Shown: positions 10,486 to 20,005, numbered from the whole stretch's first letter. The stretch: DNA of 63,478 nt, filler included, from an uncultured Chlamydiae bacterium (GCA_937899275.1; 10 parts of 10 records of this genome joined end to end with filler, not necessarily neighbours in it); one strand, 5' to 3'. The notes: generated by a model not told the origin, from the letters alone. Translations and numbers: made by a program.

Positions 10486-11136
10486 TTGTATATACAATCC
10501 TCCATTAGAAAAAAAACGTACCTTTATGAAGCGTTGAAAAGAGCATTTGATATCTGCTTTAGTAGCGCTGTCTTACTATTAGGTTTTCCCCTATTTCTAT
10601 TGATCGGTATTGGAGTTTTATTTTCTTCAAAAGGCCCCATCCTCCACGTGCAAAAAAGAGTAGGTAAAAAAGGGAGGGTTTTCCGTTTTTATAAATTCCG
10701 AACTATGCAGCAAGGCTCAGAAAAAATCTTAGGAGAGCTGCTTGAGAAAAACCCTAAAATGCAACAAGAGTGGAATACATTCTGTAAGCTAAAAAATGAT
10801 CCTAGGATCACAAAGTTTGGAAAATTTCTCCGCGCTACTTCTCTAGATGAATTCCCCCAGTTTTGGAATGTCCTCATTGGGGATTTGAGCATCGTAGGAC
10901 CAAGGCCGATGTTTGCTTCAGAAATCAAAAAATATGCGCAAAAGCAGGCGAGAAAAATTCTATCTGTGAAACCTGGCCTCACAGGTATATGGCAAGTGTC
11001 GGGCAGAAGCACGCTCTCTATGAATGAGCGCGTTCTTTTAGAATTATCTTACGTAGATAAACGCTCTTTTTTACTCGATTTAAAGCTGATTTGTAAAACC
11101 GTTCCCCTACTCTTTTTTTCTAAAGGAGCGTACTGA
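10486..11136 (+). CDS. Small polyprenyl-phosphate sugar phosphotransferase (bacterial sugar transferase, WbaP-C/PglC-like)
   Basis: KRAFDI, YKFRTM, DPRITKFGKFLRATSLDEFPQFWNVLIGDLSIVGPRP, KPGLTGIWQVSGR. Confidence 0.92.
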   Translation: MYIQSSIRKKTYLYEALKRAFDICFSSAVLLLGFPLFLLIGIGVLFSSKGPILHVQKRVGKKGRVFRFYKFRTMQQGSEKILGELLEKNPKMQQEWNTFCKLKNDPRITKFGKFLRATSLDEFPQFWNVLIGDLSIVGPRPMFASEIKKYAQKQARKILSVKPGLTGIWQVSGRSTLSMNERVLLELSYVDKRSFLLDLKLICKTVPLLFFSKGAY

Positions 11137-11188
11137 CCTGCACCGCTATAAAACGATTAGAACGCCTGCATTTTCATTACAACCACAA

Positions 11189-11683
11189 GTGGCTTTTTTT
11201 CTATGCATCCTATACTTCTTGCTATGTTCTTCTAGGGCGTTTCAGCCTATCATTTGGTTTTTGCCTCTGCTTTCTATGCTGATTTTGCAACGCTCTTGCA
11301 TCTTCGGTCTTTACAGCGCTTTTCTTATTGGAGCTGGTTACGACTTTCTTCATGCGGTACCTATGGGCCTTTTTGCTATGACTTTTCTTTTGAGTACAAT
11401 CGCTCTTTACCGCTATAGGGAATATTTTTTTGCCGACCAACCCCTTTCCCTTGCACTTTTCTCTTCTTTATATACTCTGGTATTTACCTTGATTTTTCCA
11501 TTAGTCCAATTTATGCTAAGCGGTATGAAAGCTCCGCAGAGTAAAGATTTTTTAGCGCATCTCATTTCACAGCCTTGTATACATGGGGCATATAGCTACT
11601 TTTGCGTGTTTTTCCCTATGGCATTTTGCCAAGAGCAGTGGAAAAGATGCTTTCGATTTTTTTTACAATACAAATGGCGATAA
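11189..11683 (+). CDS. Multi-pass membrane protein, possibly MreD-like
   Basis: About five hydrophobic segments; AFLIGAGYDFL...PMGLFA resembles the MreD G-x3-D pattern. Confidence 0.45.
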   Translation: MAFFLCILYFLLCSSRAFQPIIWFLPLLSMLILQRSCIFGLYSAFLIGAGYDFLHAVPMGLFAMTFLLSTIALYRYREYFFADQPLSLALFSSLYTLVFTLIFPLVQFMLSGMKAPQSKDFLAHLISQPCIHGAYSYFCVFFPMAFCQEQWKRCFRFFLQYKWR

Positions 11684-11687
11684 TTTT

Positions 11688-12488
11688 ATGGATACATCCT
11701 TAGCAATTCAAGAGCGGTTTTCTTTTGCTGTGCATATTGCGCTGCAAGCAGGCTACTTACTAAAAGCAGGTTTTGGCACATCTTTTTCCATTCAAGAAAA
11801 AGAGGGAAGGCATAATCTAGTCACCGACTATGATCACCGATCTGAGGAATTGATCCTTTCTTCGATTAGTAAAGCCTTTCCAGAAGATGGATTTCTTGCA
11901 GAAGAAAGAGGAGCATCAAAAAACACTTCTGCCGCTTTTGAATGGATCGTCGATCCTTTAGATGGCACGGTCAACTTCGCCCATACCATCCCCGTATTTT
12001 CTGTATCGATTGGTTGTAGATGGAAAGGAGAAACAGTATTAGGGGTTGTGTACCAGCCCATCACCCAAGAGCTTTTTACCGTACAAAAAGGTAAAGGAGC
12101 GTATAGAAACGTCGCTAAATTGGCCGTCATATTAACCACATCCTTCAACGACGCGATTGTAGGATCAGTATTCCCCTACTATCTGGCAGAAGATCCTTTA
12201 TACTGTATTCAAAAATTTTCCTCTGTTTTAGCTAGAGGCGTTCCCGTTAGACGTTTAGGAGTAGCCTCCATTGATCTTGCTTATGTAGCAGATGGGCGAT
12301 TTGACGGTTTTTTTGAGGTATCGCTACAACCGTGGGATATGGCGGCAGGCCTTCTTCTCATCGAAGAAGCAGGTGGAAAAGTGAGTGATTGGCAAGGCAA
12401 CCATTTAGATATCACATCCGATCAGCCGATTTTAACTTCCAACGGACATATCCATAGGGAATTTCAGGAGATCTTAAATACACCATAA
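11688..12488 (+). CDS. suhB: Inositol monophosphatase family protein
   Basis: LVTDYD, WIVDPLDGTVNF, QPWDMAAG. ATG at 11688 preferred. Confidence 0.92.
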   Translation: MDTSLAIQERFSFAVHIALQAGYLLKAGFGTSFSIQEKEGRHNLVTDYDHRSEELILSSISKAFPEDGFLAEERGASKNTSAAFEWIVDPLDGTVNFAHTIPVFSVSIGCRWKGETVLGVVYQPITQELFTVQKGKGAYRNVAKLAVILTTSFNDAIVGSVFPYYLAEDPLYCIQKFSSVLARGVPVRRLGVASIDLAYVADGRFDGFFEVSLQPWDMAAGLLLIEEAGGKVSDWQGNHLDITSDQPILTSNGHIHREFQEILNTP

Positions 12489-13205
12489 TGACAATCATCG
12501 ATGGAAAAAAGTGCGCTCTTGCTATTGAAGCAAGTATTCAGCAGCGGATCAAAGAAAAACGCCTTTCGCCTGTATTAACATTTTTTTTAGTGGGCAGTGA
12601 TCCCGCTTCTACTACCTACATCCAAATGAAAAAAAAGGCGTGTAAAAAAGTAGGTATCACCTCAAAGGTAGCTCTATTTCCCGATACCATTTCAGAAAAA
12701 GCGTTACTAGAAGCTGTACAAAAAGAAAATGAAAACCCCCAAGTCCACGGCATTTTAGTCCAAATGCCGTTGCCATCGCATATTCATCCACTCCGAGTGA
12801 TCAAAGCGCTTGACCCTCGAAAAGATGTAGATGGGTTTCATCCTGAAAATATGGGCAAACTTCTTTTAGGAGACCCCTCAGGGATTGTGCCTTGCACACC
12901 TAAAGGTATTTTACATCTTTTACAGTCGATAGATATTCCCCTACAGGAAAAAAATGTGTTGATTGTGGGAAGAAGTACTATCGTAGGCAAACCTTTAGCC
13001 GCTCTTTTGCTACAAAAAACAGATTTTGCTCCCTCTAGCGTATCCGTTGCGCATAGTAGAACAAAATCCATCTCTTCACTTATGCAAAAAGCAGACATCT
13101 TAATTCTTCACCTCTGTACCTGGAGGATTATGTCCTGTAACCGTTGCCTTGGTTTTAGAAAATACGCTAAACTGTTATCTTGCACAAAAAGGTGGGGACC
13201 TGTAG
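12488..13205 (+). pseudogene. folD: folD with an internal deletion and frameshift near 13104 (real lesion or assembly error)
   Basis: FolD motifs (GILVQMPLP, KDVDGFHP, PCTP, GRSTIVGKP) run to ADILI. The FolD C-terminus FTSVPGGLCPVTVALVLENTL follows in another frame and ends at TAG 13203-13205. Confidence 0.85.
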
Positions 13206-13208
13206 AGA

Positions 13209-14162
13209 CTATTGGATCAAACAATCTACAGCTGTTCTTTGCATCACGTCTTTACTTTCTTGCATCTTAGACTCTTTTTCTTTTGTTTCACACCTACTTG
13301 GCTTACTACCAACAATATGATATTCAGATGCAAAAGAAGCGCTCAAGCCAGAGGTCTCTTGCTGCACCTTATCAAACAATCTAGCATGTAGGATTTTTTT
13401 TACAGTCGATGGCTGAAGAGACTCTGCGCAGCTTGACAATAATGTCTGCAAATAGTCACTAAAATGAGTGATAAAAGGGATCAGCTCGCACGATCTAACC
13501 TTTGCAGCTAGATCTTGTAACGTTTGCTGTTTAGATATATGGTCCGCTACTGCATCCACAATTTTCTCCCGCATTTCTTCTGATATGTAATCTAAAGAAG
13601 AGCGAAGGCGCTCCATAAGATGCTCTTTGACGGCTTTTTTTTCTATAGAAGAGCCCTCTTGTAAAGCAGCAGAAAGTAGGCCGGCGCGTACCACATATTT
13701 AAGCGTTTCTTCTCTAAGAGATATATCGCGCTGTTTTAGCAGCTTGCTCACAGCTAAATCTGCATTTTTTACTGTCTGCAAATAAGAAGTACTAGAAAAT
13801 AGCTGATGCATCTCTTGCGCTAGCAAAGGCGCTTTTTCGTTAAAGCGGCTTTTTCCTTGATTCCAGATCGTTTCTAAAGGCCGTTTGAAAGGAGCGCACG
13901 CTAATACAAAATCCTCAATTTTTTTCACCGTTTCTTGTCGTAAAGAAACTCCCCAATTTTTTATGACTACATGCACTGCAAATAGGGCGTTGGATTTACC
14001 TATAAATTCTTTTCCTGCAAATTGGGCTGTTGCTAGTTTTACAACCTTGTCCAAAATTTCTTCCCCCATATAGTCAAAAGGCTGTTGAAGTTTCTTCATG
14101 AGAAGAGGGGAAAAATGCTTTTCTTCTGGAAATTGGTAAATCCATTGATTCGAAATAACCAT
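13209..14162 (-). CDS. Hypothetical alpha-helical protein with imperfect internal repeats
   Basis: 317-aa ORF, no recognised family; repeated DYxxEExxxKxV and SLxxxTxKxI-like motifs. Confidence 0.7.
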   Translation of the reverse strand: MVISNQWIYQFPEEKHFSPLLMKKLQQPFDYMGEEILDKVVKLATAQFAGKEFIGKSNALFAVHVVIKNWGVSLRQETVKKIEDFVLACAPFKRPLETIWNQGKSRFNEKAPLLAQEMHQLFSSTSYLQTVKNADLAVSKLLKQRDISLREETLKYVVRAGLLSAALQEGSSIEKKAVKEHLMERLRSSLDYISEEMREKIVDAVADHISKQQTLQDLAAKVRSCELIPFITHFSDYLQTLLSSCAESLQPSTVKKILHARLFDKVQQETSGLSASFASEYHIVGSKPSRCETKEKESKMQESKDVMQRTAVDCLIQ

Positions 14163-14243
14163 ACGCGCCTTTGTTACCTTAGTTTAAACATGGATTTTGT
14201 GTAGGCAACCTTTCTCAACACAGATTTAAAGGGTAAAACCCCA

Positions 14244-15302
14244 TTAATCGCTAGGGGGTATAGGATCTTCCTGTTTTTTATTCTCTGTAGCCACTGATTC
14301 TAAGGCATCTGTTTTAGGGACAGACCCCTCAGATATAACAGAGACTCTACGCCTTCTAGGACTAATAGGAGGCACAATACCCAGAGGCAGCCCCTCCTGA
14401 CCGCGCTTACTGCCAAATAGACTTCTTAATTCAGCTTCTGTAGGAGCTCTCATTGCAAAACTCGCTACTGAATCTAACCTCGTGTAATCTACTTTTGTTT
14501 CGGCTTGCGTTACTGCAGAATCGTCAGGCGCACTTTCAGACTCTACATTTGACGTCGCTTTTTTATCTTCTTCTGGGTGCAATGGTTTTGTGATATTAGT
14601 AGCATTGGCTGACTTAAAAATATGGGATATTTTTGGCGTCACTTGCTGTACAAATCTGTTTTCAAAAGCTCTTTCCGACACTTGATAGCGCCTTTGCTGC
14701 CTTCTACCTTTTCCTTTTTCTCTTTCATGTATAATAATTTCTAATACTACCCAAGGCTTTTCCATTTTGCTACTAGGAGCATCTCTAAATCCAGCGGAGC
14801 CAAAAGCATCTACAAGAGCCACTTGAGTAAAAGACAGTAAACGATCAATCGTTTTTTGTAATAACTGAATTTCAGAGGACCAAAATAAGCTAGAAAAAAA
14901 CCGCCTTACACAGAGAATCACTTGAATCACTAACCGAGAAAAAAAAGGCTTTTTATCTACCAATCGATCCGTTTCCCTATGCAGCTGAATCAACAAATGG
15001 GCAATCTGGATCGCTGTACGACGGCCGATTAAGGGATTGTAATCTTTACTCATCCCATCGATGACTGAATAACGCATTTTCGAAGAAAATTTTCGCATAA
15101 GCTGTTCCAAATCATACGACTTTTCTACTAAAACGCCTTTTTCTGAACGGCGAACATACTTTATAGAGCGCTCACCCCAAAAATTTACGGATAACTCGCA
15201 ATAATTAGAGCTGTCTTTAGACGGGGTTCTAGGGGCTAATAAAGTTGTATATAAGTCTTTTAGCTCCCCGAGTAAATTTCGAGGATTCATTTTGGATACC
15301 AT
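14244..15302 (-). CDS. Hypothetical protein, effector-like
   Basis: 352-aa ORF with a Ser/Pro/Glu-rich disordered C-terminus and an AT-rich upstream region. Confidence 0.7.
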   Translation of the reverse strand: MVSKMNPRNLLGELKDLYTTLLAPRTPSKDSSNYCELSVNFWGERSIKYVRRSEKGVLVEKSYDLEQLMRKFSSKMRYSVIDGMSKDYNPLIGRRTAIQIAHLLIQLHRETDRLVDKKPFFSRLVIQVILCVRRFFSSLFWSSEIQLLQKTIDRLLSFTQVALVDAFGSAGFRDAPSSKMEKPWVVLEIIIHEREKGKGRRQQRRYQVSERAFENRFVQQVTPKISHIFKSANATNITKPLHPEEDKKATSNVESESAPDDSAVTQAETKVDYTRLDSVASFAMRAPTEAELRSLFGSKRGQEGLPLGIVPPISPRRRRVSVISEGSVPKTDALESVATENKKQEDPIPPSD

Positions 15303-15470
15303 ATATTTCTCTCGATGTAAAAATTAGAGTCATTGTAAAGATTTTTTTTTAAAACGCCAGGATAATTTGAAATATTTTTTATATGAAAAAATACAAATGC
15401 TTTTTTCTAAAAGACATCAAATACAAATTTTTGGCCTATCCCTAGGCAAACAAGCACATAACTGAAGTAT

Positions 15471-15498
15471 TTGCTTTGAAGAAAAGGTGTGATATAAT
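15471..15498 (+). promoter_or_regulatory. Candidate sigma66/sigma70 promoter for rnr
   Basis: TTGCTT-16nt-TATAAT with extended TGn before -10, about 30 nt upstream of the rnr start. Confidence 0.55.
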
Positions 15499-15526
15499 CA
15501 AATGAATACATCACCAAAGGTTTTTC

Positions 15527-17464
15527 TTGTCTCGTAAAAAACGCTCCCCTTCCAAAGTAGGTCGTAAAAAACCTCGTAAAAAGCCTGTAAAAACAAATCC
15601 AGCAAACACATCTTATCCAATACTTGTGGGAAAGTTATCTCTGCACCCAAAAGGGTTTGGCTTCGTGCGTACAGAAGAAGAAAAAGATATTTTTATACCA
15701 AAAAAATGGACACAAGAAGCGATTGATCGAGACGTAGTAGAAGTAGAAATTACCAGTTACGATAGCCCCAAAGGACCCGAAGGAAAAATCCGCAAAATCC
15801 TAGAAAGATTGCAATCGCAATTTGCTGGGATCATTACCGGAAAATCCTCTACTACGTATCAAGTATTTGTATCGGCATTTGGTGGAGATGTACCTATTGA
15901 TCTTCCCATAAAAAAAGCGCCTCTTTTAGCTATCGGAGATAGGATTGTTCTAAGCGTTTCTAGAAAAAAAATTGGCGCGTTTATAGCGCATATCGGCCCT
16001 ATTACAAATGCGTATGCAGATACCGATTTTTTCTGTAAAGAATATGCCATCTCACAAGAATTTCCCAAAGAGTGCCTACAAGAAGCAAAAAACTGGGGTA
16101 AAACGATACCAAAAGAGGAAAAAAAACGAAGAGTAGACCTAACTCACCTAAATGCAATGACGATCGATCCAGAAACCGCCAAAGATTTTGATGATGCTTT
16201 ATCGATCGAAATAGATGACAAAGGAGAATACCACTTAGGTGTGCATATTGCCGATGCAGCGCATTACGTTCAACCCGGCTCTTCATTGGATACTGAAGCG
16301 AAAAAACGGGGCAATTCCACCTATTTCCCAAATGTTTGTATTCCTATGCTGCCTGAAGCATTATCAAATAAACTGTGTAGCTTACAACCCAAAGTCCTGA
16401 GACTAACCGTTTCTGTACTGATGCACTTTGCCAAAGACGGCGAGCTATTAGATACTGCCATTGTAAGAAGTGTGATTAAAAGCAGAAAAAGATGGACCTA
16501 TCCAGAAGCGCTTTCCTGTCTAGAAAATAAGAAAAAACGTCCCTATAAAAACGAGCTAGAACAGCTAGTAAAGCTCGCCCTTTTACTAAAAGGCCAGAGA
16601 AAAGAAAGGGGTAGTATCGATTTTTCTCTTGCCGACACAAAAATCCTTGTAGATGAAAAAGGCGAGCCGCAAAAGCTGATCCAAGAGGAATACGATATCA
16701 CCCATCAGTTAGTAGAAGAATTTATGCTAAAGGCAAATGAAGTAGTTGCCCTTTCTCTTGCAAAAAAAAATCTTCCTGTCATCTACCGGATTCATGAAGC
16801 GCCAAAGCAAGACCATTTGCAAGATTTCATTCAATCGGCAGCAGCCTTAGGATTTATTCTACCTCCTGAGCCTACTGCAAAAGATATACAAGAAGTATTT
16901 CAAGAAGCAAAAGGATCCAAAGGTTTTGAGCGTTTGTCGATTAGTTTTATCCGGGCAATGCGCCTTGCTTTTTACTCTGTAGAAAACATGGGACATTACG
17001 GTTTAAAATTATCCCACTATACCCATTTTACCAGCCCTATTCGAAGATACGCCGATCTTACCGTACAAAGAGCGCTTTTTGGTGAGGACTCTGCAGAAAA
17101 TTTAGAGGAAATTGCTCAGCATATCTCCGATCAAGAAAGGCGTTCTATGAAAGCAGAAAACCATATCCTTCTACTAAAAAAATTACGCCTGGTGCAAAAA
17201 ACCCACGAAAAACACCCACAAAAACGCTATGAAGCGGTAGTCACCTCCGTCAAACCCTACGCTCTTTTCTTTGAGCTCAAACAGCTTTACCTAGCAGGAT
17301 CTCTCCATTTATCCCAGCTAACAAAAGACTATTTTGTATTTTATCCTAAAAAACAAGCGCTTATCGGAGAAAAAACCCAGATTACCTACGCATTTGGTAT
17401 GGAAATTTCTGTTAGAATCAAAGAAATTGACCTACTTTCACAAACCATCAAATTTTGCCTATGA
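15527..17464 (+). CDS. rnr: Ribonuclease R
   Basis: HPKGFGFV cold-shock domain, TIDPETAKDFDDAL, YTHFTSPIRRYADL, C-terminal S1 domain. Confidence 0.95.
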   Translation: MSRKKRSPSKVGRKKPRKKPVKTNPANTSYPILVGKLSLHPKGFGFVRTEEEKDIFIPKKWTQEAIDRDVVEVEITSYDSPKGPEGKIRKILERLQSQFAGIITGKSSTTYQVFVSAFGGDVPIDLPIKKAPLLAIGDRIVLSVSRKKIGAFIAHIGPITNAYADTDFFCKEYAISQEFPKECLQEAKNWGKTIPKEEKKRRVDLTHLNAMTIDPETAKDFDDALSIEIDDKGEYHLGVHIADAAHYVQPGSSLDTEAKKRGNSTYFPNVCIPMLPEALSNKLCSLQPKVLRLTVSVLMHFAKDGELLDTAIVRSVIKSRKRWTYPEALSCLENKKKRPYKNELEQLVKLALLLKGQRKERGSIDFSLADTKILVDEKGEPQKLIQEEYDITHQLVEEFMLKANEVVALSLAKKNLPVIYRIHEAPKQDHLQDFIQSAAALGFILPPEPTAKDIQEVFQEAKGSKGFERLSISFIRAMRLAFYSVENMGHYGLKLSHYTHFTSPIRRYADLTVQRALFGEDSAENLEEIAQHISDQERRSMKAENHILLLKKLRLVQKTHEKHPQKRYEAVVTSVKPYALFFELKQLYLAGSLHLSQLTKDYFVFYPKKQALIGEKTQITYAFGMEISVRIKEIDLLSQTIKFCL

Positions 17465-18057
17465 GCAAAATTAGCGCCTCGTTTTATACCCAAACCGATG
17501 TAGTACTCCTAGCAAAAAACCTCCTAGGCTCCCTTTTAATCACACAGATAGATGGCAAAAAAACAGTAGGCATGATTACCGAAACAGAAGCCTATGCAGG
17601 CGCCTTCGATAAAGCCTGTCATGCTCATAGGATGAAAAGATCAAAAAAATGCTCCGTGATGTATGAAAAAGGAGGGGTAGCTTACGTGTATTTATGCTAC
17701 GGCATACACCATCTTTTCAACGTAGTCACAAACCAAAAAAATGTACCTGAAGCCGTTTTGATACGCGCTGTTTACCCTCTACTAGGGATAGATGCTATGC
17801 TAAATAGAAGAAAAAAACGTACTACAAAAAACCTAGTGAACGGACCTGGAAAACTCTGCCAAGCGTTTGGTATCGATCTAAAGCAAAACGGCTCTAGCTT
17901 AGTAAAAAATACCATATGGATTGAGCATAAATACCAGATCAAAGAAGAACATATTCAGATCACGCCTCGTATCGGGATCGATTACGCGGAAGAAGATGCG
18001 CTTTTGCCTTACCGCTTTTTCCTACCAGAAAAACTCCAAAAGCGCTACGTCTCTTAA
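17461..18057 (+). CDS. mpg: DNA-3-methyladenine glycosylase (AAG/MPG family)
   Basis: ITETEAY, YVYLCYGIH, AVLIRA, NGPGKLCQA, PRIGI. Confidence 0.93.
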   Translation: MSKISASFYTQTDVVLLAKNLLGSLLITQIDGKKTVGMITETEAYAGAFDKACHAHRMKRSKKCSVMYEKGGVAYVYLCYGIHHLFNVVTNQKNVPEAVLIRAVYPLLGIDAMLNRRKKRTTKNLVNGPGKLCQAFGIDLKQNGSSLVKNTIWIEHKYQIKEEHIQITPRIGIDYAEEDALLPYRFFLPEKLQKRYVS

Positions 18058-18071
18058 AAGAAAAATAGACT

Positions 18072-19259
18072 TTAGTTTTGTATGCGGCTTTGTAGATAAT
18101 AGAGTTCAAACGTATCTAACACATAAGCAAAATCCAATATAAAATACCCCCAAAACCCAATCAAAAAATGAGATACCGCAGCTCCTACAATCGATCGCTG
18201 TTTTTCAAAGATACATCCCCAATACATACCAAGAAAAAAACTCATTAGGCCAATATATATCCCATTGACCGTATGCATTATTTGAAATCCTAAATTAGAG
18301 ATCAATATGGCTAAAAATATCCGTTTAGGTCCTGTAAAAAAATTCCGAAAACAACTCTGAATAGCTCCCCTAATGATTTCTTGTAAAGGGGTAAAAGTTA
18401 GATATAAAAGCATCCATAATACCACCATTTTCAAACTGTGTACGCTTGTAAAAATAGAAGCATTAGCAAACAGGCTTATGTACCTGACTACGCACCATTT
18501 GATACCCAAAAGAAGAGCCATCATCGGAATGGAATATACCACGCCTTCGGCAGCATTTTTCCAAAAACGCCTTAAGGTAAGTCCGTAAAATTGCAATGGG
18601 TAGGGAGATTTTCGAATTAAAAAAAACAAAGCGCCTGTAAAAAGCATTAGCATAAAAGGCGTTAAAATCTTCGTCAAAAAAGGCAGATACGTATAGGCGT
18701 TTACGATATCGACTATTTCACTCAAATTAAACCAAAATCCCATCAATACAAAAATCTGCACAATCATCATACTAATTTGGTTGTATGAATTTAGCGCTTT
18801 GATACGATCTTGAATCGATTCAATTAAAAGAGCGTTTGTATCTTGAAGATATGAGCTAATGTTTTTCGCGATATAAAACAGAATTTTACCATATAAATCT
18901 TTTGCTTTTTTTGTCGCCCCCATAGCGTCTAAATCAATGGCAATCAGCTCGGCTTTTTCCTTTACAACAATAGAGCCTTTTCTAGAGGTTTGAAGCAAAT
19001 GAGGCGCTTCACCAAATACAGAAAAACGGGTAAGCTGACTTGAGCTATACGACACGTCATTTACAGCTTGTTCTACCTGCAGCCTTCCCGACTTGACCAA
19101 GTACAGATCGGTGTCGTGCTTTTTATCTATACAAATATCGACTCCCAAATCTACTTTAATCAACCGGCAAAACCGGATCAAAAGCTTGATCTCATGAGAA
19201 AGAAGCTTTTCACAAAGGGGCGCTGTTTGTAAAAACAGTAATAGATCATCATCTTGCAT
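18072..19259 (-). CDS. Cyclic-nucleotide-binding domain fused to a CPBP (CAAX/Abi-like) intramembrane protease domain
   Basis: N-terminus: LYLVKSGRLQV and VFGEAPHLLQTSRKGSIVV. C-terminus: several TM helices with PLQEIIRG, FQIMH and SHFLIG. Confidence 0.75.
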   Translation of the reverse strand: MQDDDLLLFLQTAPLCEKLLSHEIKLLIRFCRLIKVDLGVDICIDKKHDTDLYLVKSGRLQVEQAVNDVSYSSSQLTRFSVFGEAPHLLQTSRKGSIVVKEKAELIAIDLDAMGATKKAKDLYGKILFYIAKNISSYLQDTNALLIESIQDRIKALNSYNQISMMIVQIFVLMGFWFNLSEIVDIVNAYTYLPFLTKILTPFMLMLFTGALFFLIRKSPYPLQFYGLTLRRFWKNAAEGVVYSIPMMALLLGIKWCVVRYISLFANASIFTSVHSLKMVVLWMLLYLTFTPLQEIIRGAIQSCFRNFFTGPKRIFLAILISNLGFQIMHTVNGIYIGLMSFFLGMYWGCIFEKQRSIVGAAVSHFLIGFWGYFILDFAYVLDTFELYYLQSRIQN

Positions 19260-19413
19260 AAAATACCTTATTTTTTAGATACCCTCTTTTTCCTAAGAGA
19301 TGCAAGATTTTTAAAAAATTTATTTGCTTATTTCCTCCTATAAATATTTTTAATTGACTTTTTTTACAGTAGACTTATAAAATATATCAGGGACTTATTA
19401 TGGGGGGAGTAAA

Positions 19414-19905
19414 ATGAGAATTTCAAGCGCATTTCCGCAAACTCCGCGGCTACCTGAATGCCGATTTCCCCAACCCTCACTTTCCAAAGAAAGAGTCCAA
19501 AAAATCTCCAAATTCGTCTATGAAGTTCTCACTCTTCTTTTGACAAGCCCTGTCTATATCTGCAGGATAATTCAAGATAGAGTATTTCATACCGATTCCA
19601 TGCTGCAGCTAGCTGTATGGCAAGGATCGACGTTAGCTCTTAAGACGACTCTTTTCACATACCACGCCCTTGGTATACATACAGAAGGCTTTCCTCAGCA
19701 ATACGTTACAGATGCAATTCAGGAGGGACAAGACCTGTTTGCAGCTTGGATGATTAAGACCCGTAAATTTATCCAGGAAACCCCTGCCCCAATAAACCCT
19801 GTACAAGCAGCAGTACGCCGAAATCATATTGATCTTCTCCGCATGCTTGTACAGTACATGCCCGATAGCACGAAAAAATTTAGAGAACAAGCGCTAATCC
19901 AATCG
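19414..19905 (+). CDS. Ankyrin-repeat-like protein (partial)
   Basis: SMLQLAVWQG and NPVQAAVRRNHIDLLRMLV resemble ankyrin helices; cut by the linker. Confidence 0.55.
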
Positions 19906-20005
19906 NNNNNNNNNNNNNNNNNNNNNNNNNNNNNNNNNNNNNNNNNNNNTTAATTAATTAANNNNNNNNNNNNNNNNNNNNNNNNNNNNNNNNNNNNNNN
20001 NNNNN
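19906..20005. other. Artificial contig-joining linker
   Basis: N-TTAATTAATTAA-N spacer. Confidence 0.98.

Noticed and set aside
13105..13270. Novel C-terminal extension on FolD
   Set aside because: Out-of-frame read-through after the deletion; the real tail is in the +1 frame.
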